From Nitrospina sp. (lineage in GTDB: Bacteria > Nitrospinota > Nitrospinia > Nitrospinales > VA-1), in NCBI GenBank assembly GCA_018673915.1, contig JABHBK010000059.1:34603-98602 (forward strand): DNA of 64,000 bases, read 5' to 3'. Positions 28,041 through 38,018 of this stretch are shown here, piece after piece; positions within the stretch are counted from its first letter, which is position 1; each line of letters opens with the position of its first letter. A program made the translations under genes and the position numbers. A model generated the notes under the pieces. It was not told where the DNA came from and searched no databases. It was given only the letters and a program-made list of their open reading frames with translations.

Positions 28041-28438
28041 GACTCTGCAGGGTCGGTCACCATCCCAATATTCTGTACTCCGGCCTGTTTTACCGTGGAT
28101 AAGATATGCATAACAAAACCATAGTCCAGATTTTTGTCTGCTCGCAGATACACTCCACCATCTTTATTGGCTTCTATATACTGCTCCACTTTACGGGTTA
28201 ACCCCATCAAGTTTGCCAATTCCTCCTGCTTCCAGAATATTTTTTTATTGCTCCGTAAAGTAATGGTGGGGATTTCTTTGAGAGGGATAGGGGAAATCGA
28301 TTCTTTAGGAAGCTGGACCTCCATACCGTGTTGCATGAGTGGCGCTGTTATCATGAAAATAACCAGCAACACCAACATAACATCCACAAAGGGAGTCACA
28401 TTAATTTCCGCTACAAACGGTCTTCGTCGCTTTAACAT
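28037..28438 (-). CDS. tolR: TolR (ExbD/TolR family)
   Basis: 133 aa with the N-terminal EINVTPFVDVMLVLLVIFM motif. Confidence 0.9.
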   Translation of the reverse strand: MLKRRRPFVAEINVTPFVDVMLVLLVIFMITAPLMQHGMEVQLPKESISPIPLKEIPTITLRSNKKIFWKQEELANLMGLTRKVEQYIEANKDGGVYLRADKNLDYGFVMHILSTVKQAGVQNIGMVTDPAES

Positions 28439-28482
28439 AAACGTTTTAATTTAAAAATATGCGGCCAAAACCAACTAACAGG

Positions 28483-29244
28483 TCATGAAAGATCGAACGT
28501 TCTTTCCTTCGCCGGTTCCCGCAAGAAGTTTTTTTCTGCCATATAGATAAAATCCTGCAAAAAATCATCCATTACAGATGTAAAGAGTATAATTTTGTTA
28601 TTGAAGTAATTGAAGAAAATGACAGCCGGGATGGCCGCCACTAGTCCAGCCGCAGTTGCTATAAGCGCCTCAGCTATTCCCGGAGCCACTCCCCCTATAC
28701 TAGCGGTCCCCTGTAAACCAATAGACCTGAATGAATGCATGATCCCCCAAACCGTTCCAAACAACCCTATAAAGGGAGTTGTGCTCCCTGTTGTTGCCAG
28801 AAACTCTAATCTGCGTGACATACGTTCTATTTCCCGATTAATGGCTTTATTAAGAGCGAGACTAATGCCTTTCAGGTCACGGGGTGTTACCGACTCTCCA
28901 CTGGTTGATGGAGGCTCTCCACGTTTTTTACGCTCCTCCTTTGCCATCTCCTGAAAAACATATAGTTCACGATAACCGGTCAAGAAAATCCGGGCCAAAG
29001 GACTCATGCGTAATTCTTTCGCGAAATTATAAATATGCGTCAGGTTTTCCGTTTTCGTGAAGGTTTCCAAAAATCGACTGTCTTCATTTTTTGCCTGCCG
29101 ATAGATCCTGAACTTGCTCACAATAATCGCCCACGATACGATGGAAAATATCATTAGCAAAACCAGAACACCTTTGGCCATCAAACTCGATTGCATGACC
29201 AGTTCAACAATGCTTAAGGGGCTATCAGAAATTACATTTTGCAC
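28483..29244 (-). CDS. tolQ: TolQ (MotA/TolQ/ExbB proton channel)
   Basis: 253 aa with the C-terminal motif FIGLFGTVWGIM..F......G......VAPGIAEALIATAAGL. Confidence 0.9.
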   Translation of the reverse strand: MQNVISDSPLSIVELVMQSSLMAKGVLVLLMIFSIVSWAIIVSKFRIYRQAKNEDSRFLETFTKTENLTHIYNFAKELRMSPLARIFLTGYRELYVFQEMAKEERKKRGEPPSTSGESVTPRDLKGISLALNKAINREIERMSRRLEFLATTGSTTPFIGLFGTVWGIMHSFRSIGLQGTASIGGVAPGIAEALIATAAGLVAAIPAVIFFNYFNNKIILFTSVMDDFLQDFIYMAEKNFLREPAKERTFDLS

Positions 29245-29441
29245 ACGGAACCTCTTGGTAGAAAAGTGAGGCCGAAAGGCAGGACGCCAAAAGGTATAAA
29301 ATTATTTTCTTCTAAATAAATCAACAGTTTACTTTAATTAAATCTCTGGTTTAAGTCAAATCTTATTGGGAAAAGAAGACGAGGGGGAAATAACCGAGGT
29401 AATTTTAATAAGAGAGAGTATTCATTCTCCGGCCTTCATCA

Positions 29442-30014
29442 TCATTTCTTCGCCCGCTCTAAATACTCTCCCGACGTAGTCGAAACATTCACCATCTCAC
29501 CAATTTGAATAAATTGTGGAACCGTCACAACCAGACCCGTTTCAAGCGTTGCAGGTTTGCCTGAGCCGGAAGCTGTAGCTCCTTTTAAAGGAGGTTCGGT
29601 ATCGGTCACCTTGAGAGTCACCGTCTCAGGAAAAGACACACCAATGGGGCTATCGTCACAAAACTCGATTTTGACCCGAGCATTGGGCAAAAGAAATTTC
29701 TTGTCATCACCCATGACTTTATCATCCAGGAACGTCTGCTCATAGGTTTCACAATTCATAAAACATAAGCCCGAAGGATCATCGTATAGATATTCCATCT
29801 CCACCTGTTCCATTTCAGCGCGCTCTACCGACTCATCGGCACGAAACTTAATTTCCGTTTGCGTTCCATCCTTTAGTTTTCTAAGCTTGGCCTGCATGGA
29901 GGCCTTCCCTTTTCCAGGGGTGCGATGTTCGGCCGCCATAACCCGATATAAATCACCTTTAACTTTGATCACATAACCGGGACGAAGCCCGTTACCATTA
30001 ACAAAAGCAACCAT
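29442..30014 (-). CDS. efp: Translation elongation factor P
   Basis: 190 aa with an EF-P KOW/OB pattern. The modification loop EHRTPGKGKASMQAKLR is of the lysine type. Confidence 0.95.
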   Translation of the reverse strand: MVAFVNGNGLRPGYVIKVKGDLYRVMAAEHRTPGKGKASMQAKLRKLKDGTQTEIKFRADESVERAEMEQVEMEYLYDDPSGLCFMNCETYEQTFLDDKVMGDDKKFLLPNARVKIEFCDDSPIGVSFPETVTLKVTDTEPPLKGATASGSGKPATLETGLVVTVPQFIQIGEMVNVSTTSGEYLERAKK

Positions 30015-30043
30015 TTGACAAATTCCTAAAATTTATTGATTAT
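30015..30043 (+). promoter_or_regulatory. Candidate promoter for the methyltransferase/ettA direction
   Basis: TTGACA (30015-30020), a 17-nt spacer, then GATTAT (30038-30043). It abuts the divergent efp start codon. Confidence 0.35.
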
Positions 30044-30160
30044 TTTGAGCAGGATAAAACGAAATACTCACCCCATAGATTGAACGATTATCATAGAGCA
30101 GATGTTAAGAATCAAGGAAAATTTAGATCGCAACCAAAACGCCTCAGAAGAAATAAGAAG

Positions 30161-30826
30161 ATGAAATGTCCAATGTGTGGTTTTTCAGCCGATTTTCTGA
30201 CCTTGGGAGAAAACCGAGAATACTGGCTCTGCCCTCAATGCCGGGCAATATCTGTTCCAGCAGAACTCCATATTTCCCCGGATGATGAGGTTAAGCGCTA
30301 TCTGGAACATGAGAATAGTTTAGAGAGCGAAGGATATGTCCGTATGTTTCAGGAAAAAATTGATATTCTTCAAACCTACCCAATTAAATCAGCACTGGAT
30401 TATGGTTGCGGTTATGAGCCTGTACTGAAAATCCTTCTAACGAGACTGGGAATTGAAGCAGATGGGTATGACCCCAACTTTTTTCCCGAAATTCGTTTAG
30501 ATAAGCGTTATGACCTGGTCATTTCCACAGAAACCTTTGAGCATTTTAGAAATCCGGCTGAAGAAATCCAACGTATAATTGATCGAGTAGTTCCGGGAGG
30601 TTATCTCGCAATCATGACCCGGTTTTACCCAACAGAGGATAATAGATTCCAACCTGATAAATTCGCCAACTGGTATTACAAACGCGATCCGACTCATATT
30701 ATTTTTTACTGCACAAAAACCTTCCAGTGGTTGGCGGAAAATATTGGGTTTAAAATGGTTTTTAACAATGATCATGATTTTGTGGTATTAAAGAAGCCCC
30801 TGCCCACTCCCGTGGGGAAGGGCTAG
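30161..30826 (+). CDS. Class I SAM-dependent methyltransferase with N-terminal Zn-ribbon
   Basis: I moved the start to ATG 30161 (MKCPMCGF...CPQC, a 4-Cys ribbon). The methyltransferase fold motif is LDYGCGYEP. The basic 27-aa extension in the track looks spurious. Confidence 0.7.
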   Translation: MKCPMCGFSADFLTLGENREYWLCPQCRAISVPAELHISPDDEVKRYLEHENSLESEGYVRMFQEKIDILQTYPIKSALDYGCGYEPVLKILLTRLGIEADGYDPNFFPEIRLDKRYDLVISTETFEHFRNPAEEIQRIIDRVVPGGYLAIMTRFYPTEDNRFQPDKFANWYYKRDPTHIIFYCTKTFQWLAENIGFKMVFNNDHDFVVLKKPLPTPVGKG

Positions 30827-30938
30827 CAATAACTTTTACTAACTAACAAATTTTATATCGGATCAAGAAGTCTTTGTCCGATTAAGTATTACGCTGGCGC
30901 TTGATGGGCCGGAATAACTTTTCATATAAAGAGGTATT

Positions 30939-32609
30939 ATGTCGGGAGAATATATTTTTACCATGCAGGACCTGATCAAACGTTATGGACGTAATGAGGT
31001 GCTGAGTGGAATCAATCTTAGTTTTTACCATGGCGCAAAGATCGGAATCGTTGGAGAAAATGGATCGGGGAAATCCACCCTTCTTAAAATTATGGCAGGA
31101 GCAGACACCGAATTTGAAGGACGAGCTGCCCCTTTAAAAGGAACCACAATCGGATTCCTATCCCAAGAGCCCGCTCTGGACAATGAGCAAACCGTCCGGG
31201 AAAATGTTGAACAAGCTTTTGGGGATATCAAACAAATGATTGAGGAGTTCAACGGAATCAGCGCAAAAATGGCTGAACCCATGTCCGATGAGGAAATGGA
31301 AAAAGCCATGGAAAAAATGGGCCGGCTTCAAGATCAAATCGATGCCGCAGATGGTTGGGAATTGGACCGTCAGGTAGAAGTCGCCATGGATGCGCTTGTA
31401 CTACCGCCTGATGACCAAAAAGCAGGAACCCTTTCTGGAGGCGAAGCCCGTCGAGTTGCGCTGTGCAAACTGCTTCTGCAAAAACCCGATATGATCCTTC
31501 TTGATGAGCCCACCAACCACCTGGATGCAGAAACTGTACAATGGTTGGAAAATACACTCGCTAATTATCCCGGCAATATTATCGTTTCCACCCATGACCG
31601 ATATTTTCTCGACAATATTACTAAATGGATTCTGGAGCTTGAAAGCGGCAAAGGAAGACCGTTTGAAGGCAATTACAGTTCCTGGCTGGAACAAAAGGCT
31701 GAAATCTTAAGGAAGAGGGAAAAAACTGCTTCGACCCTGCAAAAACGACTGGAAAAGGAATTGCAATGGTTAAAGGAAACTCCCGGCGCACGGCGTAAAC
31801 ACAATAAAGGTAGAGTCAACGAATATGAAAAGTTGTCTTCACGAAAGGTAGACCTGGATGATAATTCGCTTGAGATTCAGATCGCCCCCGGCCCTCAACT
31901 CGGCGAACAAGTTATTCTGACAGATTCTCTTAGTAAAGGTTATGGAGAACCCATCATAAAAGATCTCACCTTCTCGGTACCTCGTGGAGCGGTTGTCGGA
32001 TTGATTGGTCCCAATGGCGCCGGGAAAACCACCTTATTTCGCATGATAGCAGGAGAAGAACAGCCCGATGCAGGATATCTCAAGCTGGGTTCAACCGTAC
32101 AACTTTCTTACGTAGATCAACATCGTCACGATCTAAATCCTGAAAATACTGTTTTCGAGGAAATCACCGGCGGCACTGAGCATATTGAAGTCGCTGGAAA
32201 AACGATCATCTCCCGAGCTTATGTAGGGCGGTTCAACTTTAAAGGTCCCGATCAACAAAAAAAGGTAGGCGAGCTTTCCGGCGGAGAACGAAACCGGGTC
32301 CATCTGGCAAAGCTACTCAGGAGAGGCGGAAACGTCCTGTTACTGGATGAACCTACAAACGATCTGGATGTAACCACTCTGCGTAATCTCGAAAATGCCA
32401 TTCTCGAATTTAGTGGATGTGTACTGGTTATCAGCCATGACCGGTTTTTTCTGGATCGCATCTGCACGCACCTTCTGGTTTTTGAAGGAAATAGCAAAGT
32501 AAGATGGTTCGAAGGGAATTTTGAAGAATATCAGGAAAAACGCAAAATAGAGTTGGGAGGCAAAGAAGAAAATCGCAGATCCAAATACAAAAAGCTAACC
32601 ATTCACTAA
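30939..32609 (+). CDS. ettA: ABC-F translation factor EttA (YjjK-like)
   Basis: 556 aa with two ABC cassettes (GENGSGKST / LSGGE and GPNGAGKTT / LSGGERNR). The inter-domain linker is typical of the ABC-F family. Confidence 0.9.
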   Translation: MSGEYIFTMQDLIKRYGRNEVLSGINLSFYHGAKIGIVGENGSGKSTLLKIMAGADTEFEGRAAPLKGTTIGFLSQEPALDNEQTVRENVEQAFGDIKQMIEEFNGISAKMAEPMSDEEMEKAMEKMGRLQDQIDAADGWELDRQVEVAMDALVLPPDDQKAGTLSGGEARRVALCKLLLQKPDMILLDEPTNHLDAETVQWLENTLANYPGNIIVSTHDRYFLDNITKWILELESGKGRPFEGNYSSWLEQKAEILRKREKTASTLQKRLEKELQWLKETPGARRKHNKGRVNEYEKLSSRKVDLDDNSLEIQIAPGPQLGEQVILTDSLSKGYGEPIIKDLTFSVPRGAVVGLIGPNGAGKTTLFRMIAGEEQPDAGYLKLGSTVQLSYVDQHRHDLNPENTVFEEITGGTEHIEVAGKTIISRAYVGRFNFKGPDQQKKVGELSGGERNRVHLAKLLRRGGNVLLLDEPTNDLDVTTLRNLENAILEFSGCVLVISHDRFFLDRICTHLLVFEGNSKVRWFEGNFEEYQEKRKIELGGKEENRRSKYKKLTIH

Positions 32610-32731
32610 CCAGCCGGTGGCTAATTGCGATTGCTTATCGAACTATCAACATGATTTGAGCAGGGTAAAGTTATTGATCGCGGTACCCCTTCGAAGCAGG
32701 AAAGCCGAGGAAGAAAATCACCGCCACACAC

Positions 32732-33139
32732 CTATTGGGAGGTGCGAATATAATGAATCAATACCCAGATTTGCCAATCTGCCAGATCAGGATACGCTGG
32801 CATAGCGGTACCGGGGACACCATTCCTGATAACCCAGAACATCTGCCCGTCTGAAATAGTTTCCATCGTTGCAGAGCAAGTGAAGTTTCGCGCGGGAGGG
32901 TTGGCCTCCAGCCCCATATGCCCAACCCCATTTCCTTTTTCGCCGTGGCAATGCCTGCACTGAAGTGGAGCTGACTGCGTTTGATAAATCGATTCCCCTT
33001 TCGCAATCCGTTTGGCCGTAACAGGAAGAGGATTCACCAAACTCAAAAAATCACCTGGAGCCTTTAGGGTCTGCCGCTTTTGAGGACATTGTGCTTTCTC
33101 CGGTTCATGGTCGGCAAATGCCGGTGGCATCCATACCAC
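32732..33139 (-). CDS. Monoheme c-type cytochrome (subfamily 1); N-terminal signal peptide disrupted
   Basis: One CXXCH (CRHCH) with the distal GTAMP Met. It is paralogous to the 37508 and 38019 genes. The ORF begins mid-signal-peptide; see the finding at 33137-33194. Confidence 0.75.
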   Translation of the reverse strand: MVWMPPAFADHEPEKAQCPQKRQTLKAPGDFLSLVNPLPVTAKRIAKGESIYQTQSAPLQCRHCHGEKGNGVGHMGLEANPPARNFTCSATMETISDGQMFWVIRNGVPGTAMPAYPDLADWQIWVLIHYIRTSQ

Positions 33140-33290
33140 TGCTATAAAAAAAAAAGCCAGTTACCCCATATATATTCTTTATAATTTTTTTCAAATTTAA
33201 TTCAAAAGTTACGCGTGATGAGAATTGAGAATAAAGAATTCCCTTTTCAGGGATTGTACTTCACCAGGACAAACAATAAATATAAACTTT

Positions 33291-35726
33291 TCACATCTGG
33301 CTGGCTGGAAATGTCAGGGAGAACGTAGTTCCTTTTCCTTCCCGGGAAGAGACATCAATCGTCCCGCCATATTTCGATACCAGTTGATGGACAATGTTCA
33401 GTCCCAAGCCAGTTCCCTTACCCTGCTCTTTAGTAGTAAAAAAAGGATCATAAATTTTCGACAAATATTCTTTTGGAATTCCCGGCCCCGTATCCCTGAT
33501 TGTCGCATGAACATTCCCATTTTCGCCCCCGGTTGAAATTAGCAACTCTCCCTTGCCTTCCATCGCTTGCACTGCATTAGTCAGCAAGTTGGTAAAAATC
33601 TGCTGAATCTCTTCAGGTTTTGCCTTGATCAGAGGAAGCTCAGAAAACTTTTTATCCAATTTGATATCATTATTATAAGAAGTAAGAATTGCAATATCAA
33701 TGGCCGCATCGATCCGCTCATTGAGATTTACTTCCTTTTCTTCCGTCGACATTGCCGACCGCATATAACCCGACATATTGAGAATAATCGATGCCATGTG
33801 CCGGGAGCGGTCAAAAACTTTATTCGCATATTTATGAATTTTTGCTGAATCTTTTTCGTCAAGAATGGCTTCAGTAAATCCCATTATCGAAACCAGAGGA
33901 TTGTTTAATTCATGGGCAATTCCAGCAGTAAGCGTGCCCAAACCAGAAAGCTTTTCTGCCATAGCCAGTTGGTCATGCAATTCCACATCCTCTGTGACAT
34001 CCCTTAAAAGGAGCCCCAACCGCTTGCCACTGTCGTCATGAATGACAATATCAAAAATCTGAAAGGCAAAAATCTTTCCATCCAGCTTGACGGTTTGCTT
34101 CATGCTTTGCAGGGAGGGAGATTCTTTAGGGGCAAGAGGATCTTGGGCGGTATAACATTGTATGGTCTGGTTCCCCAGGTTTCGGGAACCAATGGGAACT
34201 ACTTCACTATAAAAATTCAGAAGCGCATCCTGCACCTCTTGCCAAGTGGATGCAGATTCAGGACCCAAGTCTATTAAAGTATGCCCAAGAAGTTGGTCGG
34301 CAGTTTGCTGGGCAACCCTTTCAAACTCCGCATTCATATATTCTATTTTTAGATTGGGATCAAAAATAACCACTGCATCGGGGACGCTTTTTAGAATGCT
34401 GTCAGTGTATTCCTTAAGATATTGAACCTCCTCAGTTTTTTCAAGCACCTGGTGTTCTAATCCTGAAAAAGATTTTTGTAGCAAATCATTCATTTGATTT
34501 ACTTCATTGGCGAGTGCCTCAAGCTCGTCACCAGTTTTAATTTCCAGCGCATCTACTTTTTCGCCTTTACCAATACGTTCTGCGGCTTTCTGAAGTTTGC
34601 GAATCGGTTGGACAATTTTCTTCGCCGCCAGAGAACCCATACCCCCAATCAACAGAATGGAAACCCCCCCTGCCATTGAGATCCATAAAAAAAGTTTTTG
34701 CATGGGGGCAAATAGCTCATCCGAAGCCTGCCACGCAAAGGTATACCAGGTTTTCCCTTCGGACTTGACAATCCACTCTCGTGTTTGCTTTAAAGGTGAA
34801 AACCCAATAATAGAAAGCTCTTCGCCACCATGGCCGTCACCCATGGTCTTGACCCAATCTGGGTTTCGCCCTGTAACACTCTTTACCAGAACCGGGTCCG
34901 GCAACATAAATCCCGTTGGCAATATAGGGCAGTCGAGTACCATTCCTCCCGAATCGATCAACATGACATGGCCTGTCTCGCCAAAAGTAATTGGTTCCAG
35001 ATAACCGGAAAAAAATTCCTTCACGTCAAATATATGGTGGAGAACCCCGATGGTCTTTTCTTTTTCATTCAGAATTGGGAAGGCAAAGGTCGTCAAAAAA
35101 GATTCGGTCTTTTTGTTATGGTTGGCTGGTCCTATATAAACAAAATCTTTACCGCTGGAAATGGTTTTTTCCCAATCGGGTTTTCCAACATGAACAAACT
35201 CAGGAAAGTCATTAACGCTGGCCCTGAGAACCCCGAACGCGTCGGTGATATACAAGGCCTGAGTCGCGAGGGAAGAGAGGGTTTTTCTTTTTAGGAAACT
35301 TTGAAGCACTGCGCTGGCTTCTTCTTCCAGAAGGGACCGGGAAGAACCTGTGGCTTGCTCCTGAATATTTTTTTCCCGCGTTACCGGGTCAAGCGAAAGA
35401 AGACCTTGATTGAAGCTCTCGACAGTAGACCTGATGACCGGGTGCGCCGCATGGCGGATATTGCTGGAGATTTCACCCTCAATCAACAAGTCTATCTTGG
35501 TGGAGGTTTCATGCGCCAAGGCCTTGAAGCTGGTTCCAATCACTCCCTGCAAAGATTTTGTTCCTTGCAAATAGGAAAGGATCATCGCCAGCATCAAGGG
35601 CAAGGCCCCAACCCCAAGCATGGTCCAGATCAGTTTATTTTTTAATCCGGTCCTTATGCCCTTTCGTGTTTCATTTTCCTCGGAGCTTCCTCTGTGAATA
35701 GAGGAACCACCATGAGCGGTATCCAT
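33291..35726 (-). CDS. Sensor histidine kinase (periplasmic Cache-like domain, HAMP, PAS, HisKA, HATPase)
   Basis: 811 aa. Two TM segments flank a sensor domain of about 300 aa. A HAMP-like linker and a PAS region follow. The H-box is AHELNNPLVSI, and HATPase shows DTGPGIP and GTGLGLNIV. Confidence 0.85.
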   Translation of the reverse strand: MDTAHGGSSIHRGSSEENETRKGIRTGLKNKLIWTMLGVGALPLMLAMILSYLQGTKSLQGVIGTSFKALAHETSTKIDLLIEGEISSNIRHAAHPVIRSTVESFNQGLLSLDPVTREKNIQEQATGSSRSLLEEEASAVLQSFLKRKTLSSLATQALYITDAFGVLRASVNDFPEFVHVGKPDWEKTISSGKDFVYIGPANHNKKTESFLTTFAFPILNEKEKTIGVLHHIFDVKEFFSGYLEPITFGETGHVMLIDSGGMVLDCPILPTGFMLPDPVLVKSVTGRNPDWVKTMGDGHGGEELSIIGFSPLKQTREWIVKSEGKTWYTFAWQASDELFAPMQKLFLWISMAGGVSILLIGGMGSLAAKKIVQPIRKLQKAAERIGKGEKVDALEIKTGDELEALANEVNQMNDLLQKSFSGLEHQVLEKTEEVQYLKEYTDSILKSVPDAVVIFDPNLKIEYMNAEFERVAQQTADQLLGHTLIDLGPESASTWQEVQDALLNFYSEVVPIGSRNLGNQTIQCYTAQDPLAPKESPSLQSMKQTVKLDGKIFAFQIFDIVIHDDSGKRLGLLLRDVTEDVELHDQLAMAEKLSGLGTLTAGIAHELNNPLVSIMGFTEAILDEKDSAKIHKYANKVFDRSRHMASIILNMSGYMRSAMSTEEKEVNLNERIDAAIDIAILTSYNNDIKLDKKFSELPLIKAKPEEIQQIFTNLLTNAVQAMEGKGELLISTGGENGNVHATIRDTGPGIPKEYLSKIYDPFFTTKEQGKGTGLGLNIVHQLVSKYGGTIDVSSREGKGTTFSLTFPASQM

Positions 35727-35756
35727 TGAATGGACTCCTTTTTATGGATACGCAAC

Positions 35757-36179
35757 TCATACATAATTAAAATCTTGTGGAGCCGCAAGCACTTCGGCAA
35801 CTTTCTCTAACAGCTTCGCCTTCTCAATGGGCTTGACCATATAATCCTTCACACCCTTCTTTAATAAAGAAACTGCCAAGTCTGAATCCGGATAACCCGT
35901 GACCACTATAATTGGAATGGAGGGAGCGTTTTTCTTTAAAAAATCAATCGCCTCGATGCCATTGACCTTTGGCATTCTGATATCACAAATAATCATTCCT
36001 ACTTGAAGCAGGTTGGAACCCGACTTCATCATGTTGACTCCTTCTTCACCATCGGTGGCTTCAATCACATTGTAATTGGCAGATTCCAAATGAAGCCTTA
36101 ATACTTCTCTCACCTCTGATTCGTCATCAATGATCAGAATTTTTCCTTTGGTGCTGGATGCGTTATCTATAAGGGACAT
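35757..36179 (-). CDS. Stand-alone CheY-like response regulator
   Basis: 140 aa with ILIIDDE...ICDIRMPKVNG...VTGY..KP. AGGAGG SD lies upstream. Confidence 0.85.
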   Translation of the reverse strand: MSLIDNASSTKGKILIIDDESEVREVLRLHLESANYNVIEATDGEEGVNMMKSGSNLLQVGMIICDIRMPKVNGIEAIDFLKKNAPSIPIIVVTGYPDSDLAVSLLKKGVKDYMVKPIEKAKLLEKVAEVLAAPQDFNYV

Positions 36180-36430
36180 GACAACCTCCTACTCAGGAAT
36201 TAGAAACAAGGTCCACTGCTTGGAAAAAACTAGCAAACTTAATTTTTCACAAAAAGTGAACTTGACTACTAACTTTAGGGAATATAATTCCTAAAAATGG
36301 ATCCCGCCATAGTTTGCAAATTAAAAATTTTAATTAAAAAATTTTTAGGAACAAAGTTCGGAGTGGAAAGCCTGACTTAAGGCCTTGTATTTAAAGAAAG
36401 AAGATTTTCGGATTGGAGCCAGCGGGAATA

Positions 36431-36460
36431 GGCTTTGTGCCCTGGACAGGGCGCAAAGCC
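36431..36460 (-). terminator. Hairpin immediately 3' of the triheme cytochrome gene
   Basis: 13-bp stem GGCTTTGTGCCCT / AGGGCGCAAAGCC (one G-U pair) with a 4-nt loop, 9 nt after the stop. No clean U-tract follows. Confidence 0.4.
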
Positions 36461-36468
36461 TTAGTCCC

Positions 36469-37470
36469 TTATTGGCCTTTAAAGGTAGATCGGACATAAG
36501 CAATGACATCGGCAAGGCTTTGCTCAGGCAAAGTCAAACCCCAGTCCGGCATATTGGGAGATTTGCCAACACTCTTTCCGCCATAAAAAATCAGGTTATA
36601 TAAATAATCCTCAGGGTAGTCGGATAGCGGTAAATCCGCATGCACTGCTGGTTTCGGGTCGAGACCTTTAGCTCCAGGTCCATCGCCCTTACCCTTAGGC
36701 CCATGACATTGCACACAATATTCTTTATAGACCTGGGCTCCGCGTTTTGCATCTGCATTTTTGAATGCCTTTGAATTCCACGGTTCATGGAATTTAAAAT
36801 CCTTCACACCTAGAGTCATGAGATATCCAATAATATGGCGCGCCTTACGAAGGCTAATGTCAGCAAGGTATTCTCCGCTATGTGGGGTAAAGTCTTGCGG
36901 GTTTTCTGCAAACCGACTCCACCAATCCAAGGTATAGCGATTGCCCGCATCAAAGAGATCGACGCTGATCGGTCCGCCCATTTTATTCCCCTCGTCATCT
37001 TTAAGCTGATGACAACCTAAGCAGGAATATTCCCGAAAAATATCGGCTCCCAAGCTGGCTTCCATTTCTGTAAAAGTTGACATGTCGACAAAGCTTTTCT
37101 TTATTCGTGGGTCGCGGTAAGTTTTTTCCATATATTCAGCGAGCACTGTGGCTTCTTCGCGTGTCGAGATCATGTGTTTGGGGGAGAATCTGGATTTGTC
37201 CCAGCGGTAACTGTTGGGGTAGAGATTGTCCTCCTGCCCCATCAACCAGCGAATTAACCAGGGACGCTGGTATTTCACTCCACTCCACATTAAGTCGGGG
37301 GCTTTTAATTTAAATTTTGATTTTGGTTTGCCTTCAAAGCGATGACAGTTACTGCATTGACTGCCGATTATTTTTTCGGCGAACCCGTCATCGCCCGCCC
37401 ACAAGACAGATGGTGCTGAAAACATAACCAGTAACAAAACTGCGAAACTCCTGATCGATAATTTCCACAT
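36469..37470 (-). CDS. Triheme c-type cytochrome (secreted)
   Basis: 333 aa with the signal peptide ..APSVLWA. Three CXXCH motifs are present (CSNCH, CLGCH, CVQCH). Confidence 0.8.
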   Translation of the reverse strand: MWKLSIRSFAVLLLVMFSAPSVLWAGDDGFAEKIIGSQCSNCHRFEGKPKSKFKLKAPDLMWSGVKYQRPWLIRWLMGQEDNLYPNSYRWDKSRFSPKHMISTREEATVLAEYMEKTYRDPRIKKSFVDMSTFTEMEASLGADIFREYSCLGCHQLKDDEGNKMGGPISVDLFDAGNRYTLDWWSRFAENPQDFTPHSGEYLADISLRKARHIIGYLMTLGVKDFKFHEPWNSKAFKNADAKRGAQVYKEYCVQCHGPKGKGDGPGAKGLDPKPAVHADLPLSDYPEDYLYNLIFYGGKSVGKSPNMPDWGLTLPEQSLADVIAYVRSTFKGQ

Positions 37471-37507
37471 AACTTTTCTCCTGATTACATTTAAAAGTTA
37501 CTAAACT

Positions 37508-38017
37508 TCAGGCCCTAAGAAACCCCTTTATAAACCAAATCAGCTGCCAGATTTCCTCAGGTTTCAATGTCGATTTATGAGGCGGCATGTCGGTACCACG
37601 AGATCCGTTCTGAATAATCCAGAACAACTGACCGGCTGGCAGGTCTTTCATCACCTCTGCACAGGTAAAGTTTCGTGGCGGAGGATCCATCCTTCTTGCA
37701 AGACTGCCATTGCCATTTCCCTTTGCCCCATGGCAAAGTTTACATGCCGTCGGTTTAGCATCCTGATTAAAAAGTTTTTCTCCCTTGGTAATATTTTCAA
37801 GAGTGAGTGGAATTGGGTTCTTCTTGTTCAAATACCTGCTCGGGGCTTTTCTGGTTTTGCGGTTTTGTGGACAAATCCCCGAAACCCGTTGCATTTGAAA
37901 CGACCCTTCCAGACCTTTAATTTCTGAAAACCCAGGTAAAATATAATCCGCCAAGGCCTCTTTCACTCCGCTGACCGAAAACAATACAACGATCAGAACC
38001 AACGCCCGGATCATCAT
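37508..38017 (-). CDS. Monoheme c-type cytochrome (subfamily 1)
   Basis: I moved the start to ATG 38017 (MMIRALVLIVV..., a signal peptide), 1 nt after the upstream stop. It has CKLCH, GTDMP, and conserved extra cysteines (CPQNR, NFTC). Confidence 0.8.
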   Translation of the reverse strand: MMIRALVLIVVLFSVSGVKEALADYILPGFSEIKGLEGSFQMQRVSGICPQNRKTRKAPSRYLNKKNPIPLTLENITKGEKLFNQDAKPTACKLCHGAKGNGNGSLARRMDPPPRNFTCAEVMKDLPAGQLFWIIQNGSRGTDMPPHKSTLKPEEIWQLIWFIKGFLRA

Positions 38018-38018
38018 T

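Noticed and set aside
36279-36291. The short palindrome GGAAT-ATA-ATTCC and surrounding AT-palindromic tracts, considered as operator sites upstream of the REC/Cache-kinase operon.
   Set aside because: Five-bp arms in AT-rich DNA are expected by chance, and there is no second copy or spacing pattern.
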